A stretch of DNA of 64,000 bases from Marsupella aquatica (Eukaryota; Plantae; Marchantiophyta): positions 16,379,938 through 16,443,937 of the forward strand of contig OZ316897.1 of the NCBI GenBank assembly GCA_973895155.1. Reading direction: 5' to 3'. Positions 11,788 through 23,654 of this stretch are shown here, in pieces. A program made the translations under genes and the position numbers. The notes beneath the pieces were generated by a model. The model was not told the origin of the DNA, ran no database searches, and was given only the letters and a program-made list of their open reading frames with translations. Every line of letters starts with the position of its first letter. Within the stretch, counting starts at the first letter, position 1.

Positions 11788-14700
11788 GTGACGGAGACGA
11801 TTTGGAAGTCATGCTCGGGGAGGGTAATACGGCATTATCTAGGGATGGCCCCTGCAGACCATAATTTAGCTAGAAAAGCTGGTTTGGTTCCATGTTTTGA
11901 ACTCGACTGGCCCAGAGTTGCAATTCCTGCTGTAAAGGAGTTCGCAGTAGGGTATGATCAAGGTCAAAACTGTGTGTCATTCCGGGGTGCAACTCACACA
12001 TTCAACAGAGAGGTATTGCGAGCTGCATTTGCTTTTCCGTCTGGAGAATGGGCCCGATTTAAACCTGGGTTGGTCCAAGGTCAACTAAATTCCATGTTTT
12101 TTGCCAAGACGAAAGGCAACCCATACAGTCTAGACAAAATCACTGCGCCATATATGCAGTGGTGTGGGATAATCAGGGCGATTTCTGAATTGCTCTCAGG
12201 CAAGAGCAAACCCACTCAAGTCACCTCAAAAGACATGTGGGTATACTGGGCGTATTGGTGGGATACGATTAGGGTACGTGATCGTTTTAGAGGAGCTGAA
12301 ACTCCCGTGGTGAAGCCCAATTGGGCATATTTGGTGTACGATAATCTGACGAGTGAGATCCTCAGGTTAAAGTCACACCTATCGAAGAATGGTGTCGTAG
12401 ACAAACGACTTCCTTGCTACTGTACCATGTGGCACTGCTATAACGCAGATTCTTGTACACTACGGGTATTCGCTGGAGGAGCTTATGGTCGAACAACACA
12501 AAGATGATCATGAGGAGGACGACAAGGAGAAAGGGGACAATGGCTCACAAGAGGACGAGGAAGGGGAGGCTGGCTCAGAAGAGGACAAGGACGGGGACAG
12601 TGGCTCACAGGAGGACGAGGAAGGGGATGACGGATCACGAGAGGACGAGGAAGGAGAAGATGGCTCACGAGAGGACGAGGAAGGGGATGGTGCGTCTGAC
12701 GGTGAGGGGCAGCCATCAGAGGTTGCGCCCAAATTCTCCAGGGATGAACAGAAATGTCCTCAGGGTGAGCACAAATCGCCGCCCTCTGTGCCAGAGTGCA
12801 TGCGTGTTCTATCACAGCACATACGTGCGCTAGAGGTTGATCTTGCAGAAAAATCGGACATGCTACGAGAAGTAGTGGAGAATCATAAAAAATTGGTCCT
12901 CGATTTGATGAAAGAAAACGACAGACAGAGAGTCCGCATATTAGAATTGGAAAGGCAGGTTGGGTTGCATTCAGAACAAGTTGGCAGTGAGACATCGAGT
13001 GGAGAAGGTGAGAGCGGAGGTGACGAGAGATGTTGTGAGGTTCTGGTAGGTCTTGGTGCCAGGGTACATGCAGGTTATGATGCAGAGGCATCACAGCGTA
13101 GCCCAATTTCAGAGTTACCGCCAGTTTCTGGTGTTCCAGCTATAGTAGAGGTACCAGCAGCAGCACCAGCAGAAGCAGGTACTTTCCCAATTTATTATCC
13201 TGGTGTTCCAGCTATAGTAGAGGTACCAGTAGCAGCACCAGCAGAAGCAGGTACTTTCCCAATTCATTATCCTACTTCAAAGATACAGCGAGAGGAGTCT
13301 ATGTCGAGTGGAGGTGACTCACCAGTTTTGGTAGAGTTACAGGCAGCCGCACCACCAGTACTGGCAGAGGTACCAGCATCAGAAGAAGAGATGTCACTTT
13401 TAGAAGGAGAGGCACCAAATGCTACACCAACATCAAAAGTAGAGGTCTCAGCTATAGAGGAGGACAAATCGTCGGGTGCAATTGCATCAGAAGTACCAGG
13501 GTCACCTCCGATTTCTGTTCTATGTCATGTTCCAACTAAGAGTCCGGGATGGGAGGCTAGGACGAGTCACATTTCATGACAACCAAATTTGCCTCGTGCT
13601 TCAAAGAGAGGGCGAGAGGACTCTATTCCGAGTGGCAGTCACTCACCAGCGAAGAGGAGGGCTATCGAAGTGGAGGAAGAGGAAGAGGTAGAGGAAGAAG
13701 AAGAAGAAGATGAGGTGGAGGATGACGAGCATTCAGAACAAGACATTCACTGGGAAGAGTGTGCCACAGAGAGTGGAAAGGTTAGCGATTTTTTTCCTTT
13801 GTTGTGTGATTACTGTTTTTTCAGAAACAATGTTCAAGCATATCTAACTTGGCTATGAGCGGGATCCGCAGATTGATATCCAAGGGTCTCACTTGACAGA
13901 GGAGGCATGCCCTCCACCTGGTACAATGACTACAGCTCTATATCCACACCAACGGATTGGTCTTGCATGGATGTTGGAACGCAAATCCGGAAAAAGCTCT
14001 CCAATTGGTGGGATGTTGGCGGATGACCAGGTACAAAAGCCCCCAAATTAAGCCAAAGTCGCACTCATTATTTTCATTCAGCGGGATACTTTGGGGGTAT
14101 TTTTGGAGTATGTTAGGGGTACGCGCGCACCTTGTCTGCAAGTGAGTGGGTCCCTGACCGTTTTCTTGGCTTGGATTTTTTTAGGGAATGGGGAAAACCA
14201 TGCATGTCATAGCGCTATTTCTCGCGAATCGCCCTCATAAGTGTGGGCCAACTCTAGTTGTTTGTCCAGCCAGCGTGGTGATTCAATGGGGCCAAGAAAT
14301 AGCTGCAAGGACCTCCAAGATAGCAAAAGTGAAGGTCCTCCTCTACCACAACAAGAGGAATAAAGACATCAACTTTATTTCAAGCCATGACGTGGTTGTC
14401 ACTACGTACTCAATCATGACAGGGGAGTCTCCCATTGCTCCAAAGACGTCCAGCGTGCCAAAAGGGAGTATGAAGAGACCTGTAAAAAAACCTAGACTTG
14501 CAGGTCCACTGTTTAAGATTAGTTGGCTTAGAGTAGTCCTGGATGAGTGTCATGTCATGAAAAATAAAACTAGTCAAATTTCAAGGCCTCGCGTTGTCTC
14601 AAGGCAGAGAGGAGGTGGTGCCTAAGCGGTACACCCATACAGAACGAGGCTTCTGATCTGTTTCCTTACTTCAGTTTTCTGAGGTATTATCCTCTAGGAG

Positions 14701-16563
14701 AGTGGAAGGAATTCTCGCAGTTAAAGAAGCTGCTGAAGACAAGGCCAAAGATAGCGAATGGCATCCTCTCGAAACACTTGGTTGCGATTGCGCTCAGGAG
14801 AGACAAAAGTAAGCGTGCATGCATATATCATGGTAGAGTTCACTTTGTTTAATCCCAAGCCTGATTTCTTTATCAATTGTGCATTTACCCTGCCACTATG
14901 CTTACATGCAGGCATACTCCCACTGCCCCCTAAGACGATCGAGGTGCAAATTGTTGAATGGAGAACACAGCAAGAACGAAACGCTTATTTTGATCAGGAG
15001 GAAAAGAGTAAGGAGTTATACAAGGTACGTAAGGCTCTTAATAATCCCCAATGTTGAAGACGTATGAGAGTTCAATTTGATCCCTTGAAGGTGTCTGTTC
15101 GGTGGCAATTAATGTGCCTGTAATGTTGTAGGAATTCCGTGACGCCGAAAGAGGTGCCTTATCGAATGTGTTGAGTGTTCTGCTCCGGTTGCGACAATTT
15201 GCAGTGCACCCGAAACTTCCTTCCTTATGTAAAATTCGCGAAGAGGAGATCGGGAACAAAGTGCAAAGAACGCCCCTTAGTGAGCCTCAACGAGCCCGAC
15301 TCGTGTCAGAGTTTCAGCCATTGAAGATTGGAAGTGCTTGCGTGGACTGCAAGGTGAGTACAGTCACTCTGTGTATGGGGTATGATTGGGGTATTATTGG
15401 GGTATGATTGAGGTATTTCAATTAACGTGCTTTGCCTAACAATTTCTGCACGCACTCACTTTAACGGTTGGATTGTGCAGGGGGGCTTGATTGGAAGTCC
15501 ATTTCAGATTTCTGGCTGTGGCCATGTATACTGTGGCATTTGTGCAATAGACCGGGAAGCTGGAACCTGCAAATCGGCAAAATGTTCAAAATACGTGACA
15601 GCCCAGGTCCTATACAGGCCAGCTGATTTGAGGCTAGTGAATGGTGGTGCGGAGTCAAAAGGGAAGGCATGAAGAGAATATGATGTCCGACACCCACCTT
15701 CTCCAAAATTTGATGCAGTCTTGGAATACCTGAAGTCGATTCCGCTGGACACTACAAGACAGGGCAGCAGCGAAAGCTTTGTGCCCAGGCAGAAGGCTCT
15801 TGTTTTCTCACAATGGACTTCATGTCTTGACATGCTTGAGCCACACATTCTGAAGGCTGGTCTAAAGTTCACAAGGATTGATGGAGGAATGAATTCCAAT
15901 GTCAGAGAACAAGCCTTGAATGATTTCAAGACGACCCCAGAGGTACAACCATCATTATCCGTGCAGATCGGTGTCTGTATTTGTTCAAAGGGTAAACTCT
16001 TCATATTCTAATTAAACTATTTCTACTCATTTCATGCAGATCAGCATTATCCTCTTGTCCTTGATGGCAACGAACACATGACTCAACATCACTGAGGCTA
16101 CACATGTTCTTATGGTAGACGGGTGGTGGAATCCCACGGTAGAGGACCAGGCCGTCGATCGGTCACATCGTATAGGGCAAACAAGGCCGGTGAAAGTCGT
16201 CAGGTTTATCGCCAAAGATTCGATTGAGTTGAAGATTTTGGAGCTGCAGGTAAGATTAGAAGTGCTTGCGTGGACTGCAAGGTGAATAAAGTCACTTTGT
16301 GTATGGGGTATTATTGGGGTATTTCAGTTCGCGTGCTTTGCCTAACAATTCCTGCACGCACTCACTAGTAATGATGAATTACAAATTCCATATATGTGGT
16401 CTCTAATTGTACGCATGTTGCATGTTTTGTGCAGAACAAAAAACGAGTGATGATCAGGGACATCATGTATGGCTGTGCAACCGGGAAAAAAGATAAAATG
16501 GAACAAAATCTGGAGTTCATTCTGGGAGAGAATCGGCAGCAGAGGTTCAATGCATCAGAGTAG
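11788..16563 (+). pseudogene. Spliced fusion gene: TE accessory domain + acidic repeats + coiled coil + SNF2-family (RAD5/RAD16-like) helicase with RING insert
   Basis: LYPHQRIGLAWM...GGMLADDQ|GMGKT (motif I, exons 13872-14030 and 14185-), TLVVCPASVVIQW, VVLDECH, WCLSGTPIQN, RING CVDC..CGHVYCGIC..C...[34 protein letters not shown]-terminal ORFs 12485..13579 and 13589.. share a frame and splice in phase 0 to the helicase. Lesions: frameshifts near 12430 and 14590, stops at 13577 and ~16080. Confidence 0.85.
12500..12710 (+). repeat. Coding tandem repeat, 30-bp unit (GSQEDEEGDD-like), about 5-6 copies
   Basis: Repeated ggctcac(a/g)agaggacgaggaagggga units. Confidence 0.85.
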
Positions 16564-17752
16564 CTAGATGAGTTTTAGCTAAGGTTCTCTTCGGTGCTTG
16601 AGTCAGTTAGGCAGTGACACTCTTACTGTTCGTTTACTTGTCAGTGCCACTCTCGTTTCCTCCCGTTGTGATTTTAGTGCAGCGGGACAACGATGAGACT
16701 AGGAGGACAGAGCCTGAGTGGGTCTTTCCTTGCCACATATGTACTTGTTCGAGCCTCCTGCGGGAGCATTATGAATTGAACACTTCATCTTTGAATCATG
16801 TCCACTGTTTCTCATGTCCACTGTTTCTTTGGTATTCTTTCTTGTGTTCTTTTGTGTGTGTTTAGGGTTTAGGTTATGCACTTGCAAGACACACCGAATG
16901 ATTACCCTAGGGACATAGGTAATTTACAAGCATAGCAGCCCGTCCACTACAAGGAGATTTGGTTCCCTACTAAATATGGGACAAATACCTTACCATGAAT
17001 GGCTTTGATAAGAGGGGAATGAATTCCCAACTCATCTTCTGGAAATTACCCCCAATAGTAAGGGGGCGGGGAGCATGAGGTACGTTGGGGTTAATTTCCC
17101 TACTTACCCCATATATTCCCCTCTTTCAAACTCCTAACCTTGCAGATCTTCCTTGTGAATATGGACAAGGAGTATGTCCTTTTTGTGGAGAAAATATATG
17201 GGAGACTGTTCAGTACCCCTCAAGCTTGCTTTTGACCACCTATAGAATGAAATATTACACGTTCAGATCTATACCTTGGACAAGAGGGTTGTTTTTGTCT
17301 GTAGTATTGTTGTCAACTTTTTGCCTCTTTACCTGTGGAATATGTACATACCATAAACTGATTGAATTAGTATTGTCACTATGCAATACATTTACCATAT
17401 AATTATAATATAGGAGTGCAACATGATGGTACTTACTGACCTCTTGTGGTTTTGTTTGATCATTTAGGGCTCAAATAAGCACTTTCATCATCCTTATCAG
17501 ATTGAATATAAATCTGGGTGGACGGACTGAAGCAATCAACATGCAAGTTGATAGTCGATGTTGACAATTGTTTTTGACTATCCTCATCTCCATTGCTATG
17601 TGCGACCTCCTCATCTACTTGAATTTCTTGTGCCTTGTTGTGAAAACGAGCGACTATGCAAGAGCGGTGACAACGGCTCTACCTCCCCTAGCTCCTTGTC
17701 TTGCATCATCTTCAGGGTCCGTTGAGTAGACCTTTTGGTCAAAAGCAAGCTA

Positions 17753-17927
17753 GAGGGGTACTAAAAGGATCTCCACTTTCTCCACAAAAAGGACTTGGGT
17801 CCTTGAACTAATTCTCAGAATATTCTCCAGTGACCAAAATGTGACATGGAAGGGCCCAGATCTGTTTCGTGCCCATCCAAAGGTCAGATTTGAATTTGAG
17901 TCCAAATATGCATTGAATGTACCCCTC
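17753..17927. mobile_element. 175-bp MITE-like element, TIR GAGGGGTAC, flanked by TA
   Basis: ta|GAGGGGTAC ... GTACCCCTC|ta. Confidence 0.55.
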
Positions 17928-18358
17928 TAAAGCGAAGTGGTGGCCCCAAAAGTCAGTTGTTAGTGATTAAGGATCTTTGTTTGATTATAGACGCCGGTTT
18001 TAGGACAGTTCAAAATTCAAAATATCAATTAAGACATCCCAAACTTTATGCTAAATCCAAAACAAGGACTGTTGCAACCACTGTTGCCCGACGACTCCTT
18101 TGGAGCTTCGTGACTTATTTTGAATGTTGCGTCGGACTCTGTATCCAAAGCTCAAGGCACAACATGCAATGCTTTCAATATTCCCATTCTTGATGAAATG
18201 CTTGAAAGAATGCACACGGTCAGGTTTGATGTTGCATTATTTTCAGATCCCTCCTTTCACTTGAGAGTCTTCCTTATTCATGAACAATTCCATTTTGGAA
18301 GTCGGAGATATTTAGAGTAGAAATGAGCGCATAGAGGGCGGGCGCATATAGAGCTTAT

Positions 18359-21300
18359 TTGCAAGTTCATCAACGAGAGATGGTGATTCTTAGTAACGTA
18401 GAAGATGCACTTGAAAGGATAAAGAGAGAGGCTCGTAACCAAAGAAGGCGTCAGAAATACTACGATCAGTCTGAGAGGAAGAAAAAAGATGCAACCACTC
18501 AGTGCAATTGGGAGAACGAGGTTCTTGCAGATGCAGAGCAGCACTATAATGACATTCTTGTAGATGCGGAGCAGCAAGGTTTGGATATGCTTGCGGATGC
18601 GGAGTAACAATGTGAAAACATGCTCATTGAGGCAGATCAAGAAGGGCAGCAATTGCTTCGTGGTGTGAATCAACAATGCGAGGCGCTAAAGATGGCTGCT
18701 ATGGATGACATACGAGAAATCACTGCCCAAGCACAGAGTGAGGTTGCTCCGTTGTTACACACCATGCTTTCAAACTTGCAAGAGGAAGTTGCTAAAGGCA
18801 AGGAAAGAGTCTGTGTTTTGAATGCAACCATAGGCAGAAGGGAAGCACATCTCCAAGCATTGAATGCGCAACTCGCTGTGTCTATTGAGGAGCCAAAGTT
18901 TCCAGTTCATGATTTGGACAAGGCTGTAGCATTTTGGAGAAGAGACGCAGCAAGGAAACGAGCTCAATACCAAGAGGAGCACCAATCTCACACCCGCATG
19001 AAGAGAACGGGGGTATGTAGTGACCACGGTGATCCTATCCCAAATCGGAAGCGACAGTGCATCAATAGATTAGTTTCCAATTTCATTAGGGTTTTAATGA
19101 GTCAAATGAAAGACCTTAATGTGGCTGCTAGAAAGCTAGTTATGAAGAGATTTTGGTTGCACAGTGCTTTGAGACAATACCAGCCTGCAGCGCTTGGGTG
19201 TGCAAGGCTAGATGCATCTGTAGGGTCTGCCGTGATTGACCTTGTTAAATCTCTAAAAATTGTGAAATCAGCTAGACGCAAAGATCATCTAGCCATGAAG
19301 AGAGCGCTCTTGATATCGCTGGTAGGAGAGTCCATAGTAGGGAGTAGATACCAGACCTCATTGGCCACAGCTTTGGGTGTCAAACGTCAAAACATCCACA
19401 AAGCAGGTGCAATGAGGAAACAACTTGATCAGGATGCAGCATTGAGATATCCTACCGATGACCGAAAGGTTAGGAGTGACAAAATTTCTATTGAGGTGCG
19501 AAAGATTGTGGAATGTCAATACTGGGAGAGCAATACTCGAATTTCTCCTTGCAAGAAGGATGTGGCCAAACTACGCCTAGGTTTGAAGCAGTACGAGAAG
19601 CATTCCAAGCATTGGCTTGAGGATACTGAGGTAAATAATTATTTTTTGCTAATAGTATGATCGTGTTGAACTCGTATTCTCTGAAGTGCATGACAGAGTT
19701 TCTATGAGTAAGCTGAACCTTACCCCCCCAGGTATGCAACTCCCCTTTTTATAAGGCAAGTTTTTAATTCCTTATAATGGCCTTATATCCAATTGACCAT
19801 CTTAGATTTCATTTTAGTCTACTAAAGTCTTGTACCTCTCAACTCAAGGAATCCAAAAATGTAACTTAAAAAAAAAACCAAACATGTTTTGATGTACAAA
19901 AAGTTGATCAAAACCAAATTATATGGGTTTTTTTTAATACAGGGGTCTACAGCCAAACTAGCCAGCTTTTTAGGATTTTTATTAAAATTTTAAAAATATT
20001 TTAATAAAAATTACAACATGTATAGGAATATTTTTTAATTTCATATGGAAAAAGAAGAAAACCAAACCTTTTATATGACTTGAAAATTTTTAAAAGTGGA
20101 AAACCCAGGTTTTTTCAAATTTTAATTATTTTGTATAGCCAACTTTTTAGTCCATATAAAAATGTAGACCCCTGTCTATTATATAAGAGTTGCGTACCCG
20201 GGCTTACCCCCTGGCGAATGGATCCTGATTTCATATTGCGTGTCTTGCAGGTTGAGCTCTTCATGAAATTCCAGAATTGGTGCACCATGGAGGGGAATGG
20301 CATTTCTATAGGTCTCAGATCTTTTCAACAATTAAAGCCATAATATATCCGCACTATGAAGGATAGAATGGTTTGTTGCTGCAAACAACATGTTGAAATG
20401 GACCTGTTGAAAGAGGCACTCAACAAGTTCAGGAGACACCAGCACCAAAAGGATTGTAATTGTGAGTGTTCCATATGTAGATCACCCAATGCTTCTTCAG
20501 AGGGTCGCAGTTGTATTGCCTCTAAGTCATCCATTACTTCAGTATGAGAATGGATGGAAGGAGCAGTTTGTCCTAAGCTTGAGGGTAAGGAATGGCACCG
20601 GAAGAGTTGTATTTTTGGTCAGTGTGAGAGATGTGGAGTTCACAAGTTGTCATGGTGTGAAATGGAGATGGACATCACAGAGACACCTTATATTGATTGG
20701 GAAACCTTTCAATACGTGGAGCTAGATGAGAAGACACAGAACAAGAGAGAAAAGAAAAAAGGGACTACTGAAAGCACCCATCAGAAGGTAAAGCGCTTGT
20801 GGATGGTCCATCGAAGAACTTCTCTTCCTGATTTCAAGCTGCATGTACTAGGTACAATGAAGACATTTCTTATTCATAATTTTCGAGCCCGTTGGCAAGC
20901 TGTTCAGTCCAAACTCTGCCTAAAGACCTTCCCACGGGGAACTATAGTGTCGTCCATAGACTTTTCTAAGAATTATACGTTCAAGGTCCAGAATGAGATC
21001 CAAACTCAGCATTGGGATAATAAACAAATTACCTTGTTGATTCTTGTGACATACAGACATCGTGAAGATGTTGAGCCTATTGAGGCTGCTGTAGGTAGGT
21101 CTGTAGGAATGGCACAAGACAACACTGGGAATTGAGACATTATAGCTGATTACCATTTTTTCATTAGTGATGACAACACCCATGACACCCTTTTTGTGCA
21201 ACACTGCATGGACTCACACGTAAACTGGATGAAGCAAGAGAAAATTTCATTCAAGCACCATTGGGTTTGGTCAGATGGAGCGACTTCACAGTTTAAGGCT

Positions 21301-22430
21301 TGCAGGCCTTTTTATTATGTCTCCAGATATTACAAGCGACATGGTGCTACAATGAAATGGTTCTTCCATGCTTCAGGACATGGAAAGGGGGTTGTTGTGA
21401 GTTTCTTAACTCTATCTTTGATCAGTTACTGCTCTACTTGACCATCATGAACAATCTGATTCAATACTATAGTGAGCTTTCATTGTAAATAGTGAGCTTT
21501 ACAAATTGCATAGGTGTACATTCATTCACCCTCTGATTGAATTGTAATTGGTGTGCTTCATTTTAGGATGCTCCTTGGTGGTCACATTAAGAGCGGAATA
21601 GAGAAGGAGCAGCTGAAAGGAATTCATGGAGCTCGGTTGGAGAATGCTGCTGATGTGGTTGCTTTTGCAAAGACAAATTTGCCCTTGGCCAAGAGAAGGA
21701 ATATGGTGACGTTCAATTGGTGAGACGAATGTTTTGGGAAATTGGTGCACATGAAGTGAACCGAAGGAAAAAATGGGACTGTGACGCAATCAAGGGAAGT
21801 AGAACACTACATTGCTTTGATGGGTTTAGTGATCGTCTCTCTACTCTTTTGCAAGTAAGGGATCTTTGTTGCTTCTGTGCTCATTGTGTAGATGATGAAC
21901 CAGCCAAATGTGAGAACATAGAATGGGTAGGACATTTTAAACTCGAGATGGTGAGAGGAGTACTGCCAATTGATGTGATACCTGACATACACAACATAGG
22001 ACTAGGGGAAGGAGATTCTCAATGGCAAGATGGCTGTTTGGCAGAATTGGTCCAACTAGGTGACTTTTATGCTGTTGAAGCCGAGCAGCCAAATAAGTGG
22101 GGTGCTGATTTCTACGTCCTTCAATGTGAGGAGGTACTGCACACAATCAAAGAGAGATTTACAGACGGGTATGAGGTGGAGTTTGATGCAGGCGACTTGG
22201 CATTGAAGGGAAGGTGGTTTCAACCAATTCCAAAATCAGAAACCAGATTTGTATTCAATGACATTGCACCCTCAAGCTATACTCATGCAAACTCTGTAGT
22301 TCATATTAGGTTTGCTTTGACTCCATGTGAGGTTGGTCGAAAGGGTGGCAGTAGGATGTACAGCTTAGATGTACATTCTCTAGCAGCAATCTCTGCTTCC
22401 TTGACTTCACAAGTCACTGTTGGAACGTAG
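18359..22430 (+). pseudogene. Sola2-type DDD transposase with N-terminal coiled coil, spliced, decayed
   Basis: SFQQLKP.YIR..DRMVCCCKQH, CIFGQCERCG, IDFSKNYTFKVQNEIQTQHW..QITL, FISDDNTHD, WVWSDGATSQFK, WFFHASGHGKG, RDLCCFCAHC; intron 19631-20250; stops at ~18605, 20341, 20545, 21133. Confidence 0.75.
19727..20202. mobile_element. 476-bp MITE in the Sola2 intron, 8-bp TSD CTTACCCC
   Basis: TIRs CCCAGGTATGCAACTC / GAGTTGCGTACCCGGG; CTTACCCC at 19719-19726 and 20203-20210. Confidence 0.85.
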
Positions 22431-22644
22431 ATTGTGCATGCAGGCGCTACAATGGAGTGAAGTGCTTGGCAATGACTAGTCAGGTATGGTGCCCACAAGT
22501 TACATTGTAAACTATAGATTTGCTGTAATTCAATATGACTGCTGTATCCATAGCTTTGCTTCAACCAGTGTATGCAAAATATGCTTGCTAGGTCTTAATC
22601 AATGTTCAAGTCCTCGTATGCAGCTGACAGAGGAATGACGCGTC

Positions 22645-23100
22645 CTCACAAGGACTGAATTCCTTTTTCCATCAAGGACTTTAGACCGAATTCCTTTTTG
22701 CATGAAGGACTCAAGCCCTGAAAAGGACTTAATCCATTTTGGACTAAAGCCCTGAAAGGGACTTTAATCCTTGTTGTCCGAAGGACTGATGTACTAGACT
22801 CCTTTTTGCACGAAGGACTCAGTTCCAAGAAAGGACTCTAATCCTTGTTGTCTGAAGGACTGATGTACTAGACTACTTTCTGCATGAAGGACTCAGTCCC
22901 AGGAAAGAACTTTAATCCTTTTTGTCCGAAGGACTACAGGACTGGACTCCTTGTGCATGAAGGACTCAGTCCTAGGAAAGGACTTTAATCCTTTTCGTCC
23001 GAAGGACTACAGGACTGGGCTCCTTGTGCATGAAGGACTCAGTCCCAGGAAAGGACTTTAATCCTTTTCGTCCGAAGGACTACAGGACTGGACTCCTTGT
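22645..23100. repeat. ~73-bp tandem array rich in AGGACT/AGTCC motifs, probably subterminal repeats of the Sola2 element
   Basis: Unit gaaggactacaggactggactccttgtgcatgaaggactcagtcccaggaaaggactttaatccttttcgtcc recurs at 22928, 23001, 23074, with degenerate copies upstream. Confidence 0.85.
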
Positions 23101-23654
23101 GATCACTATATTCATTAAAAGTGGAATTATAAAGAAGATTTGGAAATTTGGGCATTTAAAAACACACTTTTAGGCATAAGAATTGAAAATTTGAAGGATG
23201 AAAAATGAAAATTTAAGCATCATGAATTATAAATTTGGGGCAAAAAAATAGACATTTGGGCAAAGAAAATATTAATTTGGATAATATTAAAAAACATTGG
23301 GTGATAAAAAGTGTTCATTTGGTTGAAAATAGATAGAACGTGTGTAATAACACATAAGCTTGGATAGGATCATTATCTAAGCAACAATGAAATGCTAGAC
23401 AAGTTAAATATCTTATATTCAAACTAGGATGACATCCAAGTAACTTAGAACTGCCATCATTTTCTAGAAATATATGTACTAAGACAAAAATAACAATAAT
23501 TATCAAAAAGTCCATTCAATAACTAAGAAAGATCATAGAGAATTTGATTGCAAGCCTTGTTCTCTCACTTACTTTAGACAAATGCATGGAAATTAACTTG
23601 ACCCTCCTACCTACAAGTCATTACATAGTGGACACTTGTGACCACTCTATCACT

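Noticed and set aside
17450-17745. Possible minus-strand coding remnant
   Set aside because: Short, interrupted by stops, and no recognisable motif.
23104-23115. CACTATA as a CACTA left end pairing with 49482
   Set aside because: The match stops after CACTA; the preceding GAT differs from the AAC after 49482; no TCGGA subterminal repeats.
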